A model generated the notes under the pieces. That model was not told the origin of the DNA. It was given only the letters and a program-made list of their open reading frames with translations, and made no database searches. Below, one piece after another: positions 47,966-58,366 of a DNA stretch of 64,000 nucleotides; positions within the stretch are counted from its first letter, which is position 1, and each line of letters begins with the position of its first letter. Origin of the DNA: Alkalispirochaeta sp. (GTDB taxonomy: Bacteria; Spirochaetota; Spirochaetia; DSM-27196; Alkalispirochaetaceae); contig OZ271854.1 of assembly GCA_965601925.1 (NCBI GenBank), positions 3,392,001 to 3,456,000 on the forward strand, written 5' to 3'. Both the position numbers and the translations under genes were made by a program.

Positions 47966-49777
47966 TTAGCGTTCCACTTTCTCGCGCCATACCAGCTCGA
48001 TTCCCGCGCCTCCGTCGTCGAAAAAGCGGATCGATCCGCCGAGTTGCGCCGATAGGCTGCGAACTAACGATAGACCGAGACCCTCGGAGTGCTGATGCGC
48101 CCCGTTGTATCCTCGTCCGTTATCCCGAACTACCAGTGCGACGCTGGAGTCCGAGGTGCGTTCCAGATCGATCGAGATCGTGAGCGGCGATCGTGCGTCC
48201 CTATCCGCCGCGGCGTGCTTTAGACTGTTCGAGATCAGCTCCGTGGTAATAAGACCCAACGGTACGGCCGTGTCCATGCGTGCGTGTACGTGCTCGATCC
48301 TCTTTTCTATCGCCACCGGAGGTATGGGACGATCCACGCCTCCCTCAGCCGACGTATCGATCAACAGGGAATACAAATGGTCGATAAGCTCGCCGAAATA
48401 GGTGTGCAGTGAGACGCGCTCCACATCGTCGGTACGGTATAACTGCTTGTGTACCAAGCCGATCGCCCGACAGCGATTCTTGAGCGTCGAGAGCACCTCG
48501 TTCGTCGCCTTGTCGGCCGCGTCATTCATCTCCAGAGAGACGAGGCCTTCCAATACTTGAAGGTTGTTCTTGATTCGGTGGTGCGATTCGCGCATCAGCA
48601 TCGATTTTTGGCTCACGGTGCGCGATAGTTGATCGTTGAGCGCTCGCACCCTCGTCTCGGAGTGTTTTATCCGCCGGGCGTGAAATCCCAACAGCGCGGT
48701 AATCGTCCCTAAAACGACCAGGACGATCGCCGCGACCATCAGCGCGTCGCCGTGTTGCTCGACAAACGTCGGACGATGGTTGAGTACGGTCGCTCCCGGT
48801 GGAACGGCCGCCATGTGCGCGTCGTACCGCATGAGGCCCGGCTCGTTTACCACGTACGTGTTGGGACTCTCGGTGACCGGATCGACCTCGGACGGCGCTC
48901 TGCCGGAGAGGATCGCGAGCCCCTGATCCGCCATCGTCCAACCTTGCTTGTATCCGTCGGTCACATATCCCGCGGTAAGGCCGAGATGGATCGAGAAATC
49001 CCACGCGCCCAGAACCGGTACGGAACTCGACTCCGCGATCTCCGGAATAATCTCTTCAAAGTTGAGAAAGCCGTCGGCTTCGGTGTAGTGAAAGTGAAGA
49101 TACAACAAGACCGAACGAGCCGGGAGCGATCCGACGCGGCGACGCATATCGGTCCTGCTGTCGGGAATTAAGTAGTGGAAGCGCACCTCGTCGGCATACA
49201 CCGGCTCAAGTTCCCGTATCACGCCTCGGTGGGTCTCCGCGATAGCGGTTGTGTCGCCCAATACGTATACGTCGGTGGTGTCGGGCCACAATGAACGCGC
49301 CAGTTCGATGTTGGCCTCAATGTCGATGCCCTCCACGACTCCGGTGAGCCAATCGTAGGCGGAAAGGCCGCCCATCGCCGAGAGATGATCGATGCCGCTG
49401 AATACTACCGGCGCGTCGGGTGCTATCGCGTCGCGGTACTCCTTTACCAGCGTGAGCGCCGCGTCGTCCGACACCAACACGAGGTCGATTGACATGTCGC
49501 CGTAGCGGTCGGACAGAAACGCGACGAGCGTCTCCACGCTGACGGCGTCGGGGTTGCGTTTTACGTCGAGGTACTCGATGTACAGTTCCACGGACGCGGG
49601 GGAGGCTGCAAATCGTTCGTCGATTCCCCGTTGGATAGCCCGATTCCACAGGAGTGTCTGGTGATACGAGTGGACGATCAATACCGAAGCGCTCGGCGCA
49701 GTACCGGCTCGGAGAGCGTGCGGATGCACGATCGAAACCGCGACGACTACGAACGTAAGGATCGTTGTACGCTTCAT
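47966..49777 (-). CDS. Sensor histidine kinase (HisKA_2 type) with ABC-substrate-binding-like periplasmic domain
   Basis: LIVHSYH, EYLD, TM, ESHHRIKNNLQ, ELISNSLKHA, DNGRG, GLGL. Confidence 0.9.
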   Translation of the reverse strand: MKRTTILTFVVVAVSIVHPHALRAGTAPSASVLIVHSYHQTLLWNRAIQRGIDERFAASPASVELYIEYLDVKRNPDAVSVETLVAFLSDRYGDMSIDLVLVSDDAALTLVKEYRDAIAPDAPVVFSGIDHLSAMGGLSAYDWLTGVVEGIDIEANIELARSLWPDTTDVYVLGDTTAIAETHRGVIRELEPVYADEVRFHYLIPDSRTDMRRRVGSLPARSVLLYLHFHYTEADGFLNFEEIIPEIAESSSVPVLGAWDFSIHLGLTAGYVTDGYKQGWTMADQGLAILSGRAPSEVDPVTESPNTYVVNEPGLMRYDAHMAAVPPGATVLNHRPTFVEQHGDALMVAAIVLVVLGTITALLGFHARRIKHSETRVRALNDQLSRTVSQKSMLMRESHHRIKNNLQVLEGLVSLEMNDAADKATNEVLSTLKNRCRAIGLVHKQLYRTDDVERVSLHTYFGELIDHLYSLLIDTSAEGGVDRPIPPVAIEKRIEHVHARMDTAVPLGLITTELISNSLKHAAADRDARSPLTISIDLERTSDSSVALVVRDNGRGYNGAHQHSEGLGLSLVRSLSAQLGGSIRFFDDGGAGIELVWREKVER

Positions 49778-49928
49778 CTTTTACTTTACTCGTTATAGAT
49801 GCGTCTCGCACGATAACTGTACACCCAATGTGCGGTGTAGGTACATCACTGCTCCGACGACAGTGCCGGTCGCGTCCGTTCGTGGGACGGGGGAGACGCA
49901 GGCGAAATGGTCGTGGCATAGTACACGA

Positions 49929-51419
49929 ATGGACAGCATTGGGGACGTACCGGAGGTACCGTTGGGCGAGCGCCTTGCGACGAAACGGATCGCTACGGGG
50001 CTGTGGCAAGTCGCCGGAGGGCACGGACCGATCGAGGTGAAGTCCGCCGTCGCGGCGATGGTCTCGCTCCACGACGCGGGATTCACCTCCTTCGATATGG
50101 CGGACCACTACGGTCCGGCGGAGGAGATCGCCGGTGCGTTTCGGGAGACGATGCGCGCCCGTGGTACGGCGTCGGGGCAGTTTTTCACCAAATGGGTACC
50201 GGAGCCCGGTTCGATCGACGCCGCGGCCGTCCGAAGGGCCGTCGAACGCTCGTGCACGAGGTTGGGCACCGATCGTATCGATCTTCTCCAGTTCCACTGG
50301 TGGGACTATCTGGAGCCCGGGTACATCTCCGCGATGGAGTCTCTCGCGGCGCTCAGGGAAGAAGGGCTCATCGGTGAACTCGGCCTCACGAATTTCGATA
50401 CCGCTCACGCCCGCATTCTCCTCTCGCTGGGACTCCCGATCGTCTCGAATCAGGTTCACTTCTCGCTCTTGGACGACCGCGCCGCGGGCAGCATGAGCGC
50501 GCTGTGCGCCGCGACGGGTATGAAACTTCTCTGTTACGGCACGGTGGCCGGCGGGTTCCTTTCCGAGCGCTGGTTGGGTAAAGCGGAACCCACGCACGCC
50601 GATTTGGCCGGTAATTGGAGTCTCATGAAGTACTACCGATTCATCCGCGTAATCGGGGGCTGGGAACTTTTCCAAGGGCTCTTGCGCGTACTGGATGGTA
50701 TCGCGCGTAAGCACCGCGTCGGTATCAGTAACGTGGCGACCAGGTGGGTCCTTGACCATTCCGCGGTCGCCGCCGTACTAATCGGCGCTCGGCTGGGAAA
50801 GTCGGAGCACATCGCCGACAATCTCCGCCTCTTCTCGTTCGCTCTCGACGCCGAAGATCGGGAGGCGATTCATGAAGTGCGCGCCCGGATCGCTCCGATT
50901 CCCGGAGACTGCGGCGACGAGTATCGCAAACCGCCCATTCTGACCGCCTCCGGAGACCTGTCGGACCACAAGACGCGTCGGTGGCGTATTCCCATCATCG
51001 AACGCGGGGACGCCGCAGACGATATCCGCGCGACCTACGGCTCCGGCACGACGTGGGAGGAGATGGCCTCCTATAGCCGCGCGGTGCGACACGGGCGGCG
51101 CATCGAGGTGAGCGGTACTACCGCGACGCTCTTTGACCGCGTCATCCCCCCGGGGGACGCCGCCGCGCAGGCTGAGGTGTGCATCGACAAGATCGAGGCC
51201 GCTTTGGAGGCTCTGGGCGGCAGGTTGGAGGATGTGGTGCGTACCCGCGTCTACGTACCCGCCGTGAAGGACGATTGGGAAGCCGTTGCACGGGTGCACG
51301 GCCGTCGGTTCGCCGGTATCAATCCGGTCAACACCCTCGTCGGCGCGCGATTGGTAGGGGACGAGTACCGCGTCGAGATCGAAGCGGAGGCGATCGTTCC
51401 CGATTCGGAATCGACGTGA
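49929..51419 (+). CDS. Aldo/keto reductase fused to a C-terminal Rid/YjgF domain
   Basis: GLWQ, FDMADHYG, DLLQFHWW; WEEMASYSRAVR, VSGTT, DVVRTRVY, VEIEAEA. Confidence 0.88.
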   Translation: MDSIGDVPEVPLGERLATKRIATGLWQVAGGHGPIEVKSAVAAMVSLHDAGFTSFDMADHYGPAEEIAGAFRETMRARGTASGQFFTKWVPEPGSIDAAAVRRAVERSCTRLGTDRIDLLQFHWWDYLEPGYISAMESLAALREEGLIGELGLTNFDTAHARILLSLGLPIVSNQVHFSLLDDRAAGSMSALCAATGMKLLCYGTVAGGFLSERWLGKAEPTHADLAGNWSLMKYYRFIRVIGGWELFQGLLRVLDGIARKHRVGISNVATRWVLDHSAVAAVLIGARLGKSEHIADNLRLFSFALDAEDREAIHEVRARIAPIPGDCGDEYRKPPILTASGDLSDHKTRRWRIPIIERGDAADDIRATYGSGTTWEEMASYSRAVRHGRRIEVSGTTATLFDRVIPPGDAAAQAEVCIDKIEAALEALGGRLEDVVRTRVYVPAVKDDWEAVARVHGRRFAGINPVNTLVGARLVGDEYRVEIEAEAIVPDSEST

Positions 51420-51444
51420 TTCGGAATCGAGGTAAGAGGAGCCC

Positions 51445-52116
51445 ATGAGTGATGAGCGCCGTCGCGTGCTGGAGACCTATATCCCCTTGGTACGGTTTCT
51501 CGCCCAGCAGCTGCCCGACACCGAGATCGTGCTCCACGACGTCTCGAGGCTTGAGAGCTCCATTATCGCCATCGAGAACTCGCACATCAGCGGACGCCGC
51601 GTAGGCGGGTCGGCGACCGATTCGGTGCTCCGTATCCTCAGGGACCAGAGCTATCGCGACAGCGACTTCACCTCGGCCTATACCGGCATCTCCGGGAACG
51701 GGAAGTTTCTTAACTCCGGTACCTTCTTCATAAAGCATGAGGGCGAGTTGATCGGCCTCATGTGCATGAACACCGACCTCACTCCGATGCACGCCCTGAA
51801 GAAAGCCGCCGAAGATCTCTTTGAATCGCGCTCACTCCCGCGCACGGCCGACGAGGTAACGACTCCACCGATCGAAGAGAAGCTCACGCAGTCGGTCAAC
51901 GACATACCGGTGGAAACGACGCTCCAGGTGATTCGTGAGATGGACATGCACCCCGAGCGAATGAGTCAGGACGAGCGTCGTCGTGTCGTCGCGGCGTTGG
52001 ATCGGCGCGGGGTATTCCTTCTCAAAGGGGCTATCGCAAGCGTCGCGCGTGCCTTGAAAGCGTCGGAGGCGACGATCTATCGCTACCTCCGGCAGGTTCG
52101 CGAAAACGGGGATTAG
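51445..52116 (+). CDS. YheO/DauR-like PAS-HTH regulator
   Basis: EIVLHD, SGRRVG, GLMCMN, GVFLLKGA, TIYRYL. Confidence 0.9.
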   Translation: MSDERRRVLETYIPLVRFLAQQLPDTEIVLHDVSRLESSIIAIENSHISGRRVGGSATDSVLRILRDQSYRDSDFTSAYTGISGNGKFLNSGTFFIKHEGELIGLMCMNTDLTPMHALKKAAEDLFESRSLPRTADEVTTPPIEEKLTQSVNDIPVETTLQVIREMDMHPERMSQDERRRVVAALDRRGVFLLKGAIASVARALKASEATIYRYLRQVRENGD

Positions 52117-52143
52117 CCGACCGTCACCGGTGTCCGAGGTGTG

Positions 52144-52190
52144 TTGACGGATAATTTGACAAATAATTATTATCGTAAAAAATATTTTTC
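52144..52190 (+). promoter_or_regulatory. AT-rich promoter/operator region of ridA
   Basis: Tandem TTGACGGATAAT/TTGACAAATAAT, TATTAT, palindrome AAAAATATTTTT. Confidence 0.55.
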
Positions 52191-52207
52191 CTAGCAGGAG
52201 GGGAAAG

Positions 52208-52594
52208 ATGAAGCACACGATCACCACCGATGCGGCCCCTTCGGCGATCGGCCCATACTCACAAGGCGTACGAGCGGGCCGATTCCTGTTTGTTTCCGGA
52301 CAACTGCCGATCGACCCGGCAACCGGGGAGTTTGTCGGTACCGATGTCGCGATACAGACGCGACAGTGTCTCAAAAATCTCGTGGCGATCGTACGTGCCG
52401 GCGGCGGATCGGAGAACTCGGTCGTGAAGACGACGGTTTTTTTGCAGAACATGGCCGACTTTTCGGTGATGAACGGGGAGTACGAGGCGGTATTCGTCGA
52501 CGACCCGCCGGCCCGTGCCGCCGTGGAGGTCTCGGCGCTTCCGAAGGGTGCCCTTGTGGAGATCGAGGCGGTCGCGTTGGTGGGGAACGACTGA
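52208..52594 (+). CDS. ridA: RidA family imine/enamine deaminase
   Basis: APSAIGPYSQG, SGQLP, VVKTTVFL, PARAAV, LPKGALVEIE. Confidence 0.92.
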   Translation: MKHTITTDAAPSAIGPYSQGVRAGRFLFVSGQLPIDPATGEFVGTDVAIQTRQCLKNLVAIVRAGGGSENSVVKTTVFLQNMADFSVMNGEYEAVFVDDPPARAAVEVSALPKGALVEIEAVALVGND

Positions 52595-52823
52595 TACGCG
52601 ACGGCGCATGCGACAGCTCGGTTTCCGATGCGGGGTCGATCGGGACCCGTCGCGGCGTGCGGGTGCGATTATCACCGCGCCGAGCACGGGGTGACGGAGT
52701 CCCGTTCGCCACCGTCGCCGACGAGTTTTTCGCTCTCGACCACAAGACGTACCGGGTCATCGTGCAAATCGGAAATCAAAACGGGCGCCCTACGGCGCCC
52801 GGGAACGTTCAAGAGGAGGCTTC

Positions 52824-54467
52824 ATGATGAAAAAAACGGCGCTGGCGCTGCTATCGTTGTGTGTCGCCGTACTGCCGATCTTTGCCGGTGGGCAAGGAGA
52901 GTCACAGGCGACCGAGTCGGTCATTACCGCGGCGTACGAGAGCGAGCCGGGTAATCTCAATACGATAATTTGGCCGACCACGGCGGATACCAACGTGACT
53001 CATCTGGTATACGATGCACTCGTCATCCCCGACGAGAATCTCGAAATGGTCGGACGGCTCGCCGAGGACTGGACGGTCTCCGACGACGGGACGGTCTATA
53101 CGTTTACCCTCCGTCGCGGAGTGGCGTGGCACGACGGAACGCCCTTTACCGCGGATGACGTCGCGTTCACGTTCACTGCGATGGCTCATCCGGACTACGA
53201 TATGGGGAGCACCGGTCGTGCACTCACGATCCGCGGTGCCGCGGAGTTTCGTGCGGGCGAGGCAAATAGCGTCGAGGGCATCGAGGTAATCGACGACCAT
53301 ACGATCCGCTTCACCCTCGTCGAGGCGTACGCTCCCTTCCTGTCGGATCTGTTCATCGGGATATTACCCGAACACGTGTGGAGCGAGGTCAATCCGACCG
53401 ACTGGGCGCAACATCCGGCCAATCGCGAGCCGGTGGGAACCGGTCCGTACCGCTTTGTGCAGTGGGAGGCGGGCCAGTACATCGAGCTCGAGGCCAACGA
53501 CGGCTACTTCGGCGGAGCGGCGGCGAACGATCGCTTATTCCTCCGATTCGGCGATCAGAATACGCTTCTGGCGAGTTTCGTCTCGGGGGCGATTGATATC
53601 GCGCCGGCACCGGCCGCGGAGATCGAGACGATCGAGTCGCTGGACTCCGCACGACTCGCCCTGGCCGATCAACTCACCTTCTTCTACATCGGATTCAATG
53701 TGCGAAACGAGCACTTTTCCAATCCGAATATCCGCATCGCCATGGCCCACGCCACGGACAAGGAGCAGATCGTCTCGACGATCCTCGGCGAGTTTGGGGA
53801 GGTGCAGCACGACATTTTCCCGCGAGGTCACTGGTCGCATAACCCGGAGACGCCTCAATTTCCCTACGATCCGGCGCGCTCCCGGCGTATGATCGAGGCC
53901 GAGGGCTACGTCGAAGGGCCCGACGGCTTTTATGTGCGCGACGGTGTCGAACTCGGCCTCACGTTGGAGGTTCCGACGGGCAAGCGGGAGCGCGAGCAGA
54001 CCGCCGTGCTTCTCAAACAGTACTGGGAAGAGGTCGGAATCAGGACCGAGCTCCGCTACCAAGATTTTCCGACTCTGGTGACGAAGCTCCTTCCGCGTAC
54101 TCAGGACGGTCGACAACGCGAGGTGACCGCCGAGGACTTCGACGCCTACATCCTCGGATTCGGCGTCGAGGCGGATCCCAATGAGTATCGCACCTATTTC
54201 CACTCTACGACGATGCCGCCCAACGGATACAATTTCTGCGGATACGTCGATCACGAGATCGATCGGCTCTTCGACGCTCAGTTGACCGCAACCGACTTCG
54301 ACGAGCGCCGAGAGCTCTTTTGGGAGATCTCGCGGCAACTGATCGAGGAGCAGGTGTGGCTACCGCTCTACTACCAGAAGCTCACCTTCGCCTATCACGA
54401 GCGCATCGGAGGGTTTACGCCCGACTATCGCGGTTTCACATTTAACGCGGCGGAGTGGACGAGGTAA
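52824..54467 (+). CDS. Peptide ABC transporter substrate-binding protein
   Basis: Leader IFAGGQGE; LAEDW, YTFTLRRGVAWHDG, VGTGPY. Confidence 0.93.
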   Translation: MMKKTALALLSLCVAVLPIFAGGQGESQATESVITAAYESEPGNLNTIIWPTTADTNVTHLVYDALVIPDENLEMVGRLAEDWTVSDDGTVYTFTLRRGVAWHDGTPFTADDVAFTFTAMAHPDYDMGSTGRALTIRGAAEFRAGEANSVEGIEVIDDHTIRFTLVEAYAPFLSDLFIGILPEHVWSEVNPTDWAQHPANREPVGTGPYRFVQWEAGQYIELEANDGYFGGAAANDRLFLRFGDQNTLLASFVSGAIDIAPAPAAEIETIESLDSARLALADQLTFFYIGFNVRNEHFSNPNIRIAMAHATDKEQIVSTILGEFGEVQHDIFPRGHWSHNPETPQFPYDPARSRRMIEAEGYVEGPDGFYVRDGVELGLTLEVPTGKREREQTAVLLKQYWEEVGIRTELRYQDFPTLVTKLLPRTQDGRQREVTAEDFDAYILGFGVEADPNEYRTYFHSTTMPPNGYNFCGYVDHEIDRLFDAQLTATDFDERRELFWEISRQLIEEQVWLPLYYQKLTFAYHERIGGFTPDYRGFTFNAAEWTR

Positions 54468-54523
54468 TGGGACCCACCGGCGGGGTGCGACGCCTCTCGT
54501 ATCCCCGCCGCTGCGCGTAGCCT

Positions 54524-55879
54524 ATGAAGAACTTCGCGGTCGAACTGCTCCGGCGCCTGATACGCGTCGATACCTCCAACCCTCCGGGAAACGAATGGGC
54601 GGCGGTCGAGCTGTTGGAGGGCGTCGCACGCGATCTTGGATTCTCGGCACGTACCTTTTGCACCGCCGACGGCCGAGGCAACATCGCGATCTCCTTTAAC
54701 GGAAGTTATCGCTCGCCGCTCATTCTTTTGAGCCACCTCGACGTCGTACCGGCGCCGAGTGAGCAGTGGACCTATCCTCCTTTTGAGGCGCGTCTCGTCG
54801 ACGGCGCGATTTGGGGGCGCGGCGCGATCGATACGAAGCAGCTTACGGTGATGCACCTCGTCGCCATGGCGATGCTCCGCGAGGCGGGAGCACGATTCGA
54901 ACGGGACGTACTCCTCGTCGCCACCGCCGACGAGGAGGCGGGCAGTCGCTACGGTTTACGCTCAATGCTCGCCTCCGGCGAAGCGGCGTGGTTCGACGGC
55001 GCGGAGGTGTTGACCGAAGGGGGCGGGTTTCCGCTCTTGGTCGAGGGACGGCCGGTATACCTCGTGCAGACCGGTCAAAAGGGGCTGGCGCAACTGCGCT
55101 TCATCGTGCGCGACTCACAGAAGCGCACCCCATTTTTCGCTGGAGCCGGAGTGGCCGCAACGGCCGGTCGCGTGGTCGCGGCATTGTGCGAGCGGGAGTA
55201 CGGAACCGACGATGAGATTCCCGCAACGTCGGCCGAGCTTATCGACGCCCTCGCGCCGCTGTACGGTCTTACCGTGGATCGGGCCTTAAGCAGTCGAGAG
55301 CGCTACGAAGCGCTCCGCACCCGCCTACCCCCCTCGATGGAAACTTTCGTCGGTGCAATGACGAAGAGCACCGTCGTTCCCACGATCTGGAAGGGCGGCG
55401 ACGCGTCGAGCCGGGACGACGGTATGCATGAGATATTCGTCGACGCGCGCCTCCTACCTGCAGCCGATCGATCCGTTCTGGACGGCGTCATCGAGCATGT
55501 CCGCTCAAAGACCGGCGTCACCGGAGAGGTGCTCGGCTTTGAGCGGGGATTCGAGTCGCCCAGGGATCGCCTCCTCTTCGACGCCATGGCGCGGGCAATC
55601 GCGTCGCGGCTCCGCTCTCACCGCGACGGAGACGGCGCACCGTTGGTCGTCCCCTTCATCAGCTCCGGCGGCAGCGACGGTCGATTCTTGAGGGCGCGGA
55701 GCTCAATGATCTACGGCTTCTCGCCGGTTCTCCCCGACCTCCCCTTCGATCGTGCGGTGAGCATGGTCCATGGGGTAGACGAACGTATATCGGTGGCGAG
55801 CCTCTGGTTTGGGTGCGAAGTGGTGTACGACACTGTGCGTCGTTATCTGGGAACGGGGAGCGTAGACGACGATGAGTAG
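54524..55879 (+). CDS. M20 family metallopeptidase/amidohydrolase, copy 1
   Basis: SHLDVVP, GRGAIDTK, ADEEAG, TEGGG, HGVDER. Confidence 0.9.
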   Translation: MKNFAVELLRRLIRVDTSNPPGNEWAAVELLEGVARDLGFSARTFCTADGRGNIAISFNGSYRSPLILLSHLDVVPAPSEQWTYPPFEARLVDGAIWGRGAIDTKQLTVMHLVAMAMLREAGARFERDVLLVATADEEAGSRYGLRSMLASGEAAWFDGAEVLTEGGGFPLLVEGRPVYLVQTGQKGLAQLRFIVRDSQKRTPFFAGAGVAATAGRVVAALCEREYGTDDEIPATSAELIDALAPLYGLTVDRALSSRERYEALRTRLPPSMETFVGAMTKSTVVPTIWKGGDASSRDDGMHEIFVDARLLPAADRSVLDGVIEHVRSKTGVTGEVLGFERGFESPRDRLLFDAMARAIASRLRSHRDGDGAPLVVPFISSGGSDGRFLRARSSMIYGFSPVLPDLPFDRAVSMVHGVDERISVASLWFGCEVVYDTVRRYLGTGSVDDDE

Positions 55880-57083
55880 TATGAGCGCCGAGGTCGCACG
55901 GGAGAAACTCGCTCAGGCGACACGCGCGTTGGGCGCGCACGGAATCGACACGTGGTTGATCCTCGGACGCGAGGGCGGCGACCCGGCGATATCGCTCCTG
56001 TTCGGCGCCCACGCAGTCCATACGGCGGCGATGTTCATCGACCCCGACGGGACGCATACCGTTATCGCCTCCCGGAGCGACGCCGCGCACTATGAAGAGT
56101 CGGGCCTCTTCGCTCGCGTGCTCCTCTACGATGAGGATCTCAGTCGGGTCTTTCGCGCCGAGTACCTGCGCCGTTCGCCCCGCACGATGGCGCTCAACAT
56201 CTGTGAGGACGATCACCTGTGCGACGGTCTCACCCGCGGACTTTACTTGCGCCTCGCGGATATGATCGGAACGGAGACGCTGACCGCCGTAGAGTGTTCA
56301 AGTCGGGCGGTTCTCTCCCGCGTGCGTTCGATCAAAACCCCCGCCGAAGTGGTGCGGATTCGACGCGCCGTCGATTGCACGTGCGATATCTTCGACGAGG
56401 TCGCCGGACGGATTACATGCGGGATGTCGGAGATCGAGATCGGCGATCTCTTTGTCGAGGGTATGGCCGCGCGCGGTGTCGCCAACGGCGTGAGCCGCGC
56501 CATGACCCCTCCACTGGTCTGTTTGGTTCGCGCCGGCCTCGCCCACCGCGAACCGCGGATGCATCGCAGCAGAGCCGGCGACATGATGGTCGTCGACTTC
56601 TCCGTCGAGGTTGACGGGTATGTCTCGGACATCGCGCGGACGTTTTATTTTCTCAAACCCGGCGAGAGCGCGCCGCCGCGAGACGTACAACACGCCTTCG
56701 ACACCGCGGTGGCCGCCGTCCACCGCACCGTCGAGACGATCCGTCCCGGCATGACCGGATACGAGGTCGATGCGGTGGGACGGCGCGTCGTAGAGGAGGC
56801 GGGCTATCCGACGATCCGCCACTCGGTAGGCCACCAAATTGGGCGCGAGGTTCACGACGGCGGCACGATTCTGGGCCTCCGGCGAACGCCGCCGCGTCCC
56901 GCCGTGGAGGGTGTCGTGGAGGCCGGAGAGGTCTATGCGATTGAGCCGACGGTGATCCAGGACGATGCGCTTCCGTCGTGTATCGTCGAGGAAAACGTTC
57001 TTATCGAGGACGATTCGGCGCGCCTCTTGAGCCGTCCCCAAAAGACGTTGTATCTGATTCCCCCGCCGGAGCGTCGTCCATGA
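55872..57083 (+). CDS. M24 (Xaa-Pro-type) peptidase, copy 1
   Basis: RSIKT, DFSVEVDGYVSDIART, GHQIGREVHD, IEP. Confidence 0.9.
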   Translation: MSSMSAEVAREKLAQATRALGAHGIDTWLILGREGGDPAISLLFGAHAVHTAAMFIDPDGTHTVIASRSDAAHYEESGLFARVLLYDEDLSRVFRAEYLRRSPRTMALNICEDDHLCDGLTRGLYLRLADMIGTETLTAVECSSRAVLSRVRSIKTPAEVVRIRRAVDCTCDIFDEVAGRITCGMSEIEIGDLFVEGMAARGVANGVSRAMTPPLVCLVRAGLAHREPRMHRSRAGDMMVVDFSVEVDGYVSDIARTFYFLKPGESAPPRDVQHAFDTAVAAVHRTVETIRPGMTGYEVDAVGRRVVEEAGYPTIRHSVGHQIGREVHDGGTILGLRRTPPRPAVEGVVEAGEVYAIEPTVIQDDALPSCIVEENVLIEDDSARLLSRPQKTLYLIPPPERRP

Positions 57084-58366
57084 CATCTCCGGTCGAGCTT
57101 CTTACGCGACTCGTGCGCGCCGACACGTCGAATCCTCCCGGGAACGAGTACGCGGCGGCGGCGGTCCTCGCACCCCTTCTGCGGGAGGCGGGGTTGACCG
57201 TAGAGGAGCTTTCGACGGCTTCGGGGCGCGTGAGCGTCATCGCCACTCTTGAAGGGGGAAGCGAGCCGCCGTTAATCCTGCTCTCGCATCTCGATGTAGT
57301 CCCCGCGGCGCGCGAACGGTGGCGCTACGATCCCTTCGGCGCCGAGATGCACGACGGCTTCATCTATGGACGCGGGACTCTCGATGCCAAACAGTTGACG
57401 GCGATGGAGACAATTGCCCTCCTGCGCCTTGCCGCTACGGGTAGGCGTCCGCGACGACCGGTTACGCTTGTCGCCGCCGCGGACGAGGAGGCGGGGAGTC
57501 GATACGGTGTGGAGTGGTTGCGACGCGAGCGGCCGACGCTCTTCACCCAACCGGGGACCGTCGTTTTGAGCGAGGGCGGCGGGTTCCCGATTCGCTACGG
57601 AGATCGTTGCCTCTATCCGCTTATCTGCGGAGAGGGGGGCCGTGCCCTGGTTACCGTACGGATCGATGGGCCGGGAGGACACGCGTCGAACCCGCCGCCG
57701 GATCACGTGTTGACGAAGATCGCCCGCGTCGTGGAGCGACTATCGTGTACCGACCTCGGACCGTTCGCTCATCCCGTTGTCGAAGCCTTCGATCGCGTCG
57801 TGTCGGAGGTCGCCGAGAGCTCCGATGGCGGTGGCGGTGTCGACGACTCGCGAGCGCGGGATTTACTCTCCGCTCTAAGGCGCCACGCAGGATACGCCGC
57901 GGCGGCGGTCACCCGACTCGATGCGGGGGTACGCATTAACGTGATACCGACTCGCGGAACGCTCGAGATCGAGCTGCGCCTCCCACCGGGTGTTTCTCCG
58001 GAGGCGGTCATGGAGAGGATCGTGGCGGGGATGGAGGCCGATACCGTCGAGTGGTCGGTCGAGTCGGTCGAGTCGGGCTTTCTCGCCGCGCACGAGGACG
58101 TAGTTCCCTCAGTGATAGAACGCGCGCTCCGCGCTCGACGGCCGCACGCGCGACTGCTGCCGATCGTGGCGCCGGGCCGCACGGATGGGCGATTCTTCGA
58201 CGCCGATCGGTGCTCGGTATACGGATTCTCACCGCTTCTCGACGACGATGCATTTCCTGATGTGCTCGATATGGTTCACGGATCGAACGAGCGCGTGTCG
58301 GTGGCGTCTCTCGAATGGGGAACGGATGTGATGTACGAGATCGTAGAGCGTTATGCCGGAGGATGA
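57080..58366 (+). CDS. M20 family metallopeptidase, copy 2
   Basis: SHLDVVP, GRGTLDAK, ADEEAG, GGHAS, HGSNER. Confidence 0.9.
   Translation: MTSPVELLTRLVRADTSNPPGNEYAAAAVLAPLLREAGLTVEELSTASGRVSVIATLEGGSEPPLILLSHLDVVPAARERWRYDPFGAEMHDGFIYGRGTLDAKQLTAMETIALLRLAATGRRPRRPVTLVAAADEEAGSRYGVEWLRRERPTLFTQPGTVVLSEGGGFPIRYGDRCLYPLICGEGGRALVTVRIDGPGGHASNPPPDHVLTKIARVVERLSCTDLGPFAHPVVEAFDRVVSEVAESSDGGGGVDDSRARDLLSALRRHAGYAAAAVTRLDAGVRINVIPTRGTLEIELRLPPGVSPEAVMERIVAGMEADTVEWSVESVESGFLAAHEDVVPSVIERALRARRPHARLLPIVAPGRTDGRFFDADRCSVYGFSPLLDDDAFPDVLDMVHGSNERVSVASLEWGTDVMYEIVERYAGG

Noticed and set aside
49317..50759. 480 aa minus-strand ORF
   Set aside because: Antisense shadow of the AKR gene running into the kinase in another frame; no motifs; expected in high-GC DNA.
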